A DNA stretch of 64,000 nt from a virus, in IMG/VR virus record IMGVR_UViG_3300028394_000034; one strand, given 5' to 3'. The position numbers and the translations under genes were made by a program. A model generated the notes under the pieces. That model saw only the letters and a list, made by a program, of their open reading frames with translations, did not search any database and was not told where the DNA came from. This document shows positions 31,426 through 40,510 of the stretch, piece after piece; the first letter of the stretch is position 1; the number at the start of each line of letters is the position of its first letter.

Positions 31426-32117
31426 TTACCTCCACGACCTTACTCGATACCACTTACCATTACGACCTTGTGCTGACGCATCTCCTGTTAGTCTCATATT
31501 GTTTCTTGGAGTACAAGTGTTACAATTGGGACTAGAACCATAACCTACACCTTCAAAACTACCAATACAACTCCACACATGACCAGTAATGTTATTAGCT
31601 GCCATATAATTTGCTTCAGCCTGACAACGATCTTGATCACTGCTTGAACTATAACTGTTAGTATAACTCTGTACCATTTTTGGCCCAGCAGCGTGTGCGG
31701 CAAAAGTAGTCACAAAAATTAGGGCAACTGCAATCATAAAATTCTTCATAAGTTCCTCCTTGAGTAAAGTAAATCCTATTAGAAAAACCCCCGAGTTTAT
31801 TCGGGGGAGTTTCCTTGAGACCTATAATCTAACAAATCTTTATGATCCTTCAGATTATCAATCAATAATATTTAACGAACAACACTACGAACGCGAGCAA
31901 CAGTTCTACGGCCCACATTTCGTGTAGCCTCAACAGTTCGGCGAGTTACCATAACTGGAACATTAATAACTTCGCGTGTTACATTTACAGCACGACTGCG
32001 TAGAGAACAGGTGCCATTAGCACATTCACCAGCAAAAGAAGTTGAACCAACAATCATTAGAGCTACCACTAGAGCATACTTAATCATAAAATCTCTCCTG
32101 TTAAAGTAATGTCGCAT
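31426..32117 (-). CDS. Two small signal-peptide proteins (31426-31749 Cys/Gly-rich; 31872-32117 Arg/Val-rich)
   Basis: MKNFMIAVALIFVTTFAAHA and MIKYALVVALMIVGSTSFA look like Sec signal peptides. Confidence 0.65.
31781..31814 (-). terminator. Rho-independent terminator
   Basis: CCCCCGAA-TAA-ACTCGGGGG hairpin followed by TTTTT. Confidence 0.7.
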
Positions 32118-32635
32118 CCCTGCGACTGTCGTTTAACCTATAATAGTTTTGGAGGATTTGCGGTCAAGTTGCCACTTCTTACAATCTCACTGACTCCCGA
32201 AAACTCGCTGACTATAACCACAAAAACCAAATCCCGCAGATTAGCTGATACTAACCTACCGGACTTAATTAGTAATTATTTAATAGTTGGAGGAGAACAA
32301 TGACATGAGTAGTAATATAATGATACTAACGCTATCAATGCTATAACTCCACCAAGACCCCAATACAATAATTGATAATTCATAAATCACCTCATTGGTT
32401 AATTGTAAAAGTTTCTGTGTCTGCTTTATCGGTTTTTCCGATTTTATTCTTTCGCACTATTTTAGTAATGCGTCCACGACTGTCATCATGAGATGATTCT
32501 AGGAAACATTTATCCTCATGATTGTCATGAAATCCTTTAAAGTGCCACTCATAGCTTCTTAGAATATCTTCTGGAGATGTAGAATGGTCATAAAGTTCAC
32601 CTTCTACCTCAAAAGAAATTATTCTATGGAATTTT

Positions 32636-34542
32636 TTAGGCATGATAATGCTCCTCTTCTGTGAGAGTAGCAGGCCCATTAAAATCTTCCCAATTTTCCA
32701 CTAGCACTTCTGGTGCTTCTTTTCGTATCTCTGCTTCTAAGGCATAATTAGATTCTTTATCTTTTTCATGTTCAAGATAGTCTCTTAATCTATCTTTGAT
32801 TTGCATGAAGTCTAATTCACCCAGAATCTGATCAATATACTTTCTTTGAACTTCCTTACGATTGTTCTCACTAACATATCTAGTACGCATATTACACCTC
32901 ATGGTTAAAAGTTAAAAACAACTCTTTGCCCATGATTCCACTAGTCCTGCATCTGTCTCACCACATGCTTGGCTACTGGCTTCGTTGACTATTGTATTAT
33001 ACCAGAGAGAGGTGGTGGAGACAAATACTATTTCTTATTTGGGCCGCATAAACTCGCTGACTATAGCCACCTTCGCCAAATCTATAGTATTAGGTGAGAC
33101 TAAAAGCCAAGTCCTGTATCTTCATCATCCATATAATTATCTGCTATGAAATTAGTAAAATTTTCTTGCTGAATTGGTTTCTTAATAAAAACTATTTCTT
33201 CTTCGGTATTAAAAATAATATCACAAACTATACTTCCAATACCAATAAGAAATAAGAATAAGATGCCAACTAGTATGTAATAACCTTCCATAAGATTTTT
33301 CTTTCTTGACAGACCCCCTTGGAAATGGTATATATTATGCAGGTGCGTATGATTAATAGAGTTAAGAAGTTAGAGAAGAGTATACTACAAGTAGTAGCTT
33401 CTATGATTCTAGAGTATCTACCTTAACAATATTCTCAGGACCTATCTCACCAAAAAACTCAGGGTCTTCATACATTTTAATATTTAGATAATTGCAAATC
33501 TCATTTCTGCTCAAGCATTCACAATCATCATTTGGTATGGCCAATTCCATTTGTATGGTAACAACCCGGATATTCTGATTTTTATTCATAGATATTTAGT
33601 TACTAAACCCCTGAGTTACTCCAAAGAAAATAGCGGCACAAAAGAAGATTCCAATCATAATGTTAATCCTAAGAAGAGGAAGTTGACCGCTCGCGCCATC
33701 GACCTTAGTATACCATATCGTCACATTCGACGCAAATCCTTGAGACCAAACAACTTACAATACTAACTGATCTCTCACCGCCAGTTACTATTCTTTGACT
33801 ACCTCCTTTAATTTTTTAGTAATAGTATCGAAAGTTTTATGAACAGGCCCAGTAACAGTATAGTCACTCATATAAGCTTTGATAGCATCCATTAGTTTCC
33901 ATGCTTCTTGTTTTGTAATATCTATTTGCATTAATAGTCTCCTTAAAAATTCCTAATATCAATATCCCAATTACTCTTAGCAAATCGTCTAAGAGGATGA
34001 ATAGCCTTTTCACCAATATGTAGTGAATAAAATGGCTTACTCTTATCTGATGGATATAGTTTAGCAATACTACCATCACCATGTTCGATAGTAAAACCTA
34101 GCTTCTTAAACTTCCGCATGATCTTATCAATGTTCATCTTTAGTTCTCCAGAAGGTCAGGATAATAATCAACAATCTGTTCTTCCAACATCTTATTAGTC
34201 AACCCACTCTTATTATCCACAAGCATCTGATAAGCAAAAGTATACAGAGTATTAAAGTCCATATCATCTAAAAGCCTATGGCAATAGACTGTTGTAATAT
34301 CACCCCTATTCTCATCAGTAATCTTAGAGCAACTCATTATTAGTCTCCAATACTTGTGGGTTATATTCACTAAATAACTTTTTCAACTCTTTATTAGTCA
34401 TACTAGATAATTTATTCTCAATACCCTCCCTAACAATACTCCTAAGAGTACCCATATCCATCTGATCCACAACAGATTCAGCATGTTTTGATATGAGAAA
34501 ATTCCTGGTATTATTATCTACCTTAATTTTTTCTTTCTGCAT
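32636..34542 (-). CDS. Small-ORF region including three paralogs (32636-32902, 34140-34370, 34324-34542)
   Basis: Shared pattern (I/L/V)(L/V)(D/G).(M/L)D(F/M)..(L/I)...........(S/T)N..L......P.(V/L)L. Confidence 0.6.
33943..34137 (-). CDS. Possible HicA-like small protein
   Basis: KKLGFTIEHGDGS...YSLHIG resembles the HicA fold; a weak match. Confidence 0.35.
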   Translation of the reverse strand: MNIDKIMRKFKKLGFTIEHGDGSIAKLYPSDKSKPFYSLHIGEKAIHPLRRFAKSNWDIDIRNF

Positions 34543-34902
34543 AAATATCTCCTGCCCAAAGGGGTCTGGAATTCTCGCTGACTATCGCCACGACCGCAAT
34601 TCTGAAGGATAAGCTGGTACAGAAGATAGGTCACAAATAAACTGATGATTAATCTCTTTATCACCACTTATATCAATCTGGCTGTTCATAAGTCAAATAT
34701 GATTTTAACGTAAGTCCTTACCAGCACACCACTTACGTCTCATTGTATCGTCACTTACGTCAAGTGTCTACACCCTAAGTACGAGATTCTTTGACAAACT
34801 TTCCGTAAGTCGTTGGTACCAAATAACTTACAAAAATCGCGGCGGGCCGGGTTTTCCCTAAGTGCTTTATTGATAAGGGTTTACGTCAAGTGGTCTAGGT
34901 AC

Positions 34903-34940
34903 AAAAAAAGAACCGCCACCCATTGCTGAGTGGCGGCTCC
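34903..34940 (-). terminator. Rho-independent terminator after the DUF932 gene
   Basis: GAGCCGCCAC...GTGGCGGTTC followed by T7. Confidence 0.8.
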
Positions 34941-34964
34941 CAAGTCAACCCCCATTGCGAGGGA

Positions 34965-35990
34965 TTAGAGTGCCTGAGCGAACTCCATAGCCTTCTCCAA
35001 CGCTTTCGTGTTGTCGTTGGCGTTGAGTCCGAACCACAGGCTGTCGAGACGGTTATCTTCCGTTCGACCCTTGTTGTAATTCAGATACTCGTTGTAGCCG
35101 TTGTACGCGGCCCACCAAGTTCCACGAACACCCGTCGCACTCTGCTTCGGGCCTTCGACCAGATTCAGAATCTCGTCCATAATATTACGGGTACGAGTCT
35201 TGATCTGATCGTCCGGCGTACCGTCAATGTCGAGCATCGCCTTGACATAGCGACGAACGTCGGCCTGATTGAAATTCTTGGACGCAAGGAATTTGAACTG
35301 CTCCGCAGTCGCTTCAAACTCCATGTTGATGTTGTCCATAATATCTCGCACATTTTCCAGATTGGTCTTGCTGGAACGGGTGTGACGAATACGAATCAGC
35401 TTGGAACCACTGCTCTTGCTATGGGCCATTGCCATAGTATTAGCACACACAACGCGGATCGGCGTATAGCCAACCCGAATAGCAGTCGTGCCATCGTGCG
35501 AGTTGCTGAGAAGAATAAACTTCCCAACCTCGTCACCCTTCACGATCTCGCTATTGTCGCGGTTCAGTTGGGCCAGCACCCAAACCTTCTGACCGCTGTG
35601 GAGCGAACCAGCAGTATGCAACGCACACTCGCCAGCGTCCAGAAACGGCTGGAACCAATCGAACGCTTCGCTGTTTTGCAGCGGAGTGTATCGTGGGCCG
35701 ACAACGCCCAGAATACTATCGTCGGTCTTGCGATAGGTTGCACGAGCCGGAACGGGTTGATTCGTTTCCAGCGTGATCAAATCTCGCAGACCAACTTCCC
35801 AATCCAAACCGGCGGCAGTCATCGCCTCCGAAACCGTGGGAGCCTCGTCGAGCTTGTTGCCCAAACCGTGCCACGGGGTCGCACCAACAAACATCATCTG
35901 TTCAACTGCATGAGCCATAATCATCCCTTTCGTGTTACTGTTCAATCGTTCTACTCCACTCATTCTACAGTATGTTATCGTCACTGTCAA
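34965..35990 (-). CDS. DUF932-family (TIGR03299-like) phage/plasmid protein; real start probably MAHAVE
   Basis: PWHGLG, YTPLQN, TAGSL..GQKVW, LLSNSHDG, TPIRVVCANT, IRHT and GTWWAAYNGYNEY. Confidence 0.9.
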   Translation of the reverse strand: MTVTITYCRMSGVERLNSNTKGMIMAHAVEQMMFVGATPWHGLGNKLDEAPTVSEAMTAAGLDWEVGLRDLITLETNQPVPARATYRKTDDSILGVVGPRYTPLQNSEAFDWFQPFLDAGECALHTAGSLHSGQKVWVLAQLNRDNSEIVKGDEVGKFILLSNSHDGTTAIRVGYTPIRVVCANTMAMAHSKSSGSKLIRIRHTRSSKTNLENVRDIMDNINMEFEATAEQFKFLASKNFNQADVRRYVKAMLDIDGTPDDQIKTRTRNIMDEILNLVEGPKQSATGVRGTWWAAYNGYNEYLNYNKGRTEDNRLDSLWFGLNANDNTKALEKAMEFAQAL

Positions 35991-36078
35991 GCGAAAACTT
36001 TGGAAAAATTCTTTTTGCCGTAAGTCGTTGGTGTGTAAGCACTTGCGTCAAACGCGGCCGGCCGACCTTTCCCTAAGT

Positions 36079-36618
36079 CTAATCAGGATAAGGGTTTACG
36101 TAAGGGTTTAGAATAACTGTCCCAAACTGCTTCTCAAAAAGTTTAGAATTGGAAGCATTGTAGGCACACTCCTCACCCATGTAGAAATATGCACCAATAC
36201 ACTTTGCTCGTGGAACATCATCATGAATATTATTCATAATGCGTTTGATTGTGCCGCCCGAACAAATCAGATCATCTAAAATAACATAATTAGATGGAGC
36301 AACACCTTCAATAAAAAATTCACTATATCGTCGCTCACCTTTACGAACAACAATAATATTCTTATTTAGAATCTCTGCAATCTGTGGCACTACCATAAGA
36401 CCACTCACCCCACAGCAGGCGATACTATCAAAATCTTTTTCTATCTTACGCAGAGAACAGATAGCCTTGATAATCACACTATTTCTATATTTGTGATTTA
36501 ATACTCTACTAGTATGAGCAGCACCTTGAATGATCTTACCATCTGGGGTACGACGAAAATCATCAAGCTCTTGCTGGAAAGCGTTCATAAAAGTGTGTGG
36601 CCGGATTTGAACCGACAA
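36079..36618 (-). CDS. Type I phosphoribosyltransferase
   Basis: YVILDDLICSGGT PRPP-binding motif; also IIVVRK. Confidence 0.8.
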   Translation of the reverse strand: MSVQIRPHTFMNAFQQELDDFRRTPDGKIIQGAAHTSRVLNHKYRNSVIIKAICSLRKIEKDFDSIACCGVSGLMVVPQIAEILNKNIIVVRKGERRYSEFFIEGVAPSNYVILDDLICSGGTIKRIMNNIHDDVPRAKCIGAYFYMGEECAYNASNSKLFEKQFGTVILNPYVNPYPD

Positions 36619-36915
36619 TCCCGAGAAGAAGAAAGGAATAAAGAATAGGGTCTAGTCCCACCTAGAAGCACACACAAAAATCAATCTTGTTCATCTTCAA
36701 TACTAGGATAGTAATTCCTACCATATGAAGGAACCTCATCATCTTCCTCAGAATCTTCATAACCATCCATCCAAGGTTCTTCGTCCAGACCAAGATCCTC
36801 GGTATTTTCTACCAATTCATCGTAGTCATAATTATAACCATCGTAGTGATCTTCATATCTCATAATCATTCCCTTTCTTACCTCTATTCTACACCAACAA
36901 TCAACAACTGTCAAG

Positions 36916-36988
36916 TGGGCCCTCGGGGATTTGAACCCCGAACCTAAGAGTTAAAAGCTCCTTGCTCTGCCAATTGAGCTAAAGGCCC
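36916..36988 (-). tRNA. tRNA-Lys(UUU)
   Basis: Cloverleaf; anticodon loop CTTTTAA. Confidence 0.92.
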
Positions 36989-37290
36989 ATCTAGTTATTC
37001 GTTTACGGTAATTTCCTCGTAAGAATAACTTTGGACACTCTCGGTTGTAAAATCATAGAGCTTATCGAATACATCCGACCATTCAAAATCCTCTTGCATG
37101 GATAGTTGAATGTCTGCCAGAGTTTTACCATCCTCGGTCACAATGTCGTAGATACGAAGATTCTTCATACAGTTTCCTTTCTTGTTCCAACAGTCTACCA
37201 TACCAATATCGTCCTGTCAACACCCAAAACTTTAGGATTCTCGCTGACTATTCCCACAGCTTCCAAATCCGCAGGATTAGCAGAAACAAA

Positions 37291-37362
37291 TGACCCCACG
37301 GAGAATCGAACTCCGATCTCCACCGTGAAAGGGTGGCGTACTAGCCGTTATACAATGGGGCC
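37291..37362 (-). tRNA. tRNA-Glu(UUC)
   Basis: Cloverleaf; anticodon loop CTTTCAC. Confidence 0.92.
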
Positions 37363-37400
37363 ACACTCGCAACTCAACATCAGCCTCCGATTCTTAAAAG

Positions 37401-37485
37401 CGGCTGGAACAGGATTCGAACCTGTGGAGGATTTCTCCTCGTCGGTTTAGTAAACCGGTGCATTAGACCGCTCTGCCATCCAGCC
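37401..37485 (-). tRNA. tRNA-Ser(ACU), long variable arm
   Basis: Anticodon arm CCGGT-TTACTAA-ACCGA; variable arm GAGGAGAAATCCTC; G73. Confidence 0.85.
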
Positions 37486-37489
37486 AAAA

Positions 37490-37561
37490 CTGCCCCGGTA
37501 GGATTCGAACCTACAACCTCGATGTTAACAGCATCTTGCACAACCGTTGTGCTACAGGGCA
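37490..37561 (-). tRNA. tRNA-Asn(GUU)
   Basis: U1-A72 pair; anticodon loop CTGTTAA; G73. Confidence 0.9.
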
Positions 37562-37896
37562 TCATGTATTTCTTTATGACAGTTAGAGCATACTAAAATG
37601 CACTTGTCTGCCTCTTCTTTCATTCTATCTAGTTTTAATGTATTGCCAGTGCTTCCAATCCCAAAGTCTTTCTTAGATGGGTCTAAGTGATGAAACTCTA
37701 ATGCGGCTAGACATTTGTTATATCCGCACCTCTCACACTTACCTCCTTTATATTCAACTAATAATGATTTGACTTTTCTTCTTCTTTTAGATACGGCATC
37801 TGAGCGACATTTTGTACAGCGATATGCACCACGACCCTCAAGCACATACTTGCATGAGCCGTGTGTTTTACACTGTTTTTCTATATATTTTTCCAT
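37552..37896 (-). CDS. HNH endonuclease inside the tRNA cluster
   Basis: CERCGY...LEFHHLDP...CILVCSNCHKEIH. Confidence 0.85.
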   Translation of the reverse strand: MEKYIEKQCKTHGSCKYVLEGRGAYRCTKCRSDAVSKRRRKVKSLLVEYKGGKCERCGYNKCLAALEFHHLDPSKKDFGIGSTGNTLKLDRMKEEADKCILVCSNCHKEIHDAL

Positions 37897-37937
37897 GGTA
37901 TAACTCCGGTTGTTATACCATTTAATACACCAAATAA

Positions 37938-38008
37938 TTCCGGGACTAGGATTCGAACCCAGACAAAGAGAACCAAAATCTCTGGTGCTACCGTTACACT
38001 ATCCCGGA
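37938..38008 (-). tRNA. tRNA-Gln(UUG)
   Basis: Cloverleaf; anticodon loop TTTTGGT. Confidence 0.9.
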
Positions 38009-38009
38009 G

Positions 38010-38081
38010 AGCCGACAACAGGACTTGAACCTGTAACCTACTGATTACAAATCAGTGGCTCTACCATTGAGCTATGTCGGC
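38010..38081 (-). tRNA. tRNA-Thr(UGU)
   Basis: Cloverleaf; anticodon loop TTTGTAA. Confidence 0.92.
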
Positions 38082-38912
38082 AGTCTATGTATTATAATCA
38101 ATAGTCTCCATAATCGCAAGCCCTACGCTTTTCAGCGGATCGGGTTCGCAGACGCTTGGGGCGATTGTCCATAATAGTATTGCGGTGTTCCTTGTGACCC
38201 GTAGGAACTTGCCACTGCGGCCTGACCTTGATCTTGATATGGTTGCGGCGTGGTCTGGTATCGTCGTTGTTGTGGAGCGTAATCATGCCATTGTCCGTTT
38301 TCGTGTAGGTAAAAAACTTTGTCAATATTAGGGTCGTAAGCCATCAGACAGTATTGTACCGGATAAGTTGGTTTTGTCAATACCTGTTTTTGTTGAGAGG
38401 GATGACGCAGTGGCGGAATTTTAATATCACCTTTTTGATAATCTTTTACACCAGTATACGCCAAACCAACAATCGTAATCAGAATCCCGATCCATTGTAT
38501 CATAATCTCAGTCCTTGTCAATATCCTTCTCGTTCTCATATCTATATTATCGACCAACCACCACCAAATACTTTAGAAGTTTTTTGGAATTTCTCTAAGT
38601 CCTTATGCTGCAACAACTTACGTCAAAACCGGGCGGCCCCGCTTGCCCTAAGTGCTTACGCACCAAGGGTTTGCGGCGAGTCTTATTCAATACTCCATCC
38701 TGCGTCTTTTAGAATATGGCTAGTATGCAACACACAAGTTTTACCATCAGCATTTTTATAGTCTCTATATCCACGCTCATCAAGATAGATATACTCATCT
38801 AGTGTATCATTTTCATTTGTTTCCCAGATAGCATCCATAGCAGCATATCGTGGAGCCTTATCACAAGAGTAAATTAGTTCCAGAGTTCCACACTTGATAT
38901 AGTATTTGCTCA

Positions 38913-39506
38913 TTATTGTTCCTCCCGGAACTTTTGACATAGAACACAATTACATCCCCCGTAATCATCAAACTCGACAGCATCATCAGCATCATAATCA
39001 AACTTCCCATAAATATCTTCATCCCATTCAGTAAAACTCTCAATACCAAGATCGATAACAACCGCTACCCATTTTCCCTTGCGTCGAATATAACCAAAAT
39101 TACCACTATGGGCATCATTATAGTCTAATCCGTGTTCACTCAAATCATGAACTACTTCAGAGATAGCAGTACCGTTTTTACATTCAGACCACTGAAAACA
39201 ATCACCAGAACAATCTTCATCATTACACTCTGGCATAGGCCGAGCAACTTCGGTCAAATAACCATAAAAAGTCATTTCGCCATCATGTTTACGAATAAAA
39301 CCAACATCCCCATATACCATAGGGGCCAAATCAAACTGAGCCAGATGCTTTTGAACCCGATGGGCAAACTTAGCTTCCTGCTCATTCTCAAACTCTTTGA
39401 AGCCCACACGCTTCCGGCCAATCTTTTTATCTTTGATAATATAGAAAGCGTTCTTGCTTCCTGCATCATCATACAATCCAACGTAGCTCATTTTTATTCC
39501 TTTCAA
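38913..39506 (-). CDS. Minimal protein-kinase-like protein (paralog of 4228-4782)
   Basis: VGFKEF, LAPMVY, YGYLTEVA, NDAHSGNFGY and VVIDLG. Confidence 0.6.
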   Translation of the reverse strand: MKGIKMSYVGLYDDAGSKNAFYIIKDKKIGRKRVGFKEFENEQEAKFAHRVQKHLAQFDLAPMVYGDVGFIRKHDGEMTFYGYLTEVARPMPECNDEDCSGDCFQWSECKNGTAISEVVHDLSEHGLDYNDAHSGNFGYIRRKGKWVAVVIDLGIESFTEWDEDIYGKFDYDADDAVEFDDYGGCNCVLCQKFREEQ

Positions 39507-40207
39507 TGGGCTGGAAACAAGACATTAGCTAAACCACGAACACACAAGTCACATGATATACTATCTTTGGTTCCGGTGCAAGTGATTTCTGCACGACCAC
39601 GACGGATTTCGGGGCATACCACAAACTTTGTAGCATTGAGAACAACCAGCTTGGGCAGTGCTTTTCGCCATGCTTCGGCCTTGACTTTGCTCTTAGGACG
39701 CTTGGGAGCAACTTTCATGTCACTATCGCACCATGCAAACAACTTGAAACCTTGTGCCAATGCTTCGCCCATATCATTATCGTCATGCACACTAGCATAT
39801 ACATTCATATACTTTTCCAGACTCACAAGCCGAGCATCGTAGATATGAGTATAAAACCACATATCGGGCAAAGTATTACCATCGGCCAGAATACTCTCAC
39901 AAGCCCATGTTACATTCGCAACATAGTCTAGGTCAAGTTCTCCATTGAGAAACCAGTCGCCACGTTCATGCCAGCGAATAGACTTCTCACGACGCTTTGC
40001 TTCCAGAATCATAGCACGGATTTTATTCTTCTCCGTGATAACATTAGCAAACCCGGCAGTACGAGCATTTTTATACTGATTCTCGGTCGCTTCGGCATAA
40101 CAGCCGTTACCAAGATAGTCACAATCGGGAGGACAAGTATCGCCAACCGGACGCGAAACTACAATACAACCCTTACCCAACTTATCATTACCATCAGCAG
40201 TTTTCAT
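39503..40207 (-). CDS. GP88-like protein with a radical-SAM-like Cys cluster
   Basis: GNDKLG, TCPPDC...GCYA, IRWHERGDW and WFYTH. Confidence 0.6.
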   Translation of the reverse strand: MKTADGNDKLGKGCIVVSRPVGDTCPPDCDYLGNGCYAEATENQYKNARTAGFANVITEKNKIRAMILEAKRREKSIRWHERGDWFLNGELDLDYVANVTWACESILADGNTLPDMWFYTHIYDARLVSLEKYMNVYASVHDDNDMGEALAQGFKLFAWCDSDMKVAPKRPKSKVKAEAWRKALPKLVVLNATKFVVCPEIRRGRAEITCTGTKDSISCDLCVRGLANVLFPAH

Positions 40208-40510
40208 GTTCTTCTCCTGTGTCTACCGATTCTACACTATAGTATCGGCATAGTCAAGCGAAAAACTTGGAAAAATTATTCTTGATGCAAGTCGTTGGTA
40301 GATAAGGACTTACGACGAACCGGGGCGGCCGGACTTGTCCTAAGTGCTTATGCAGTAAGGGTTTATGACAAATAGCCCCAAGAGGAATCGAACCTCTAAT
40401 AATTCTTTAGAAGAGAATTGTTATGTCCATTTAACTATGGGGCCGTCAATACCGCAAGCCCCCACAGCGTCCTGTGGAGGCTCGCAGTCATTATAACTCC
40501 ATAGAGTCGA

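Noticed and set aside
34923-36023. 366-aa plus-strand ORF
   Set aside because: It is the antisense shadow of the DUF932 gene, which has clear motifs, a promoter and a terminator on the minus strand.
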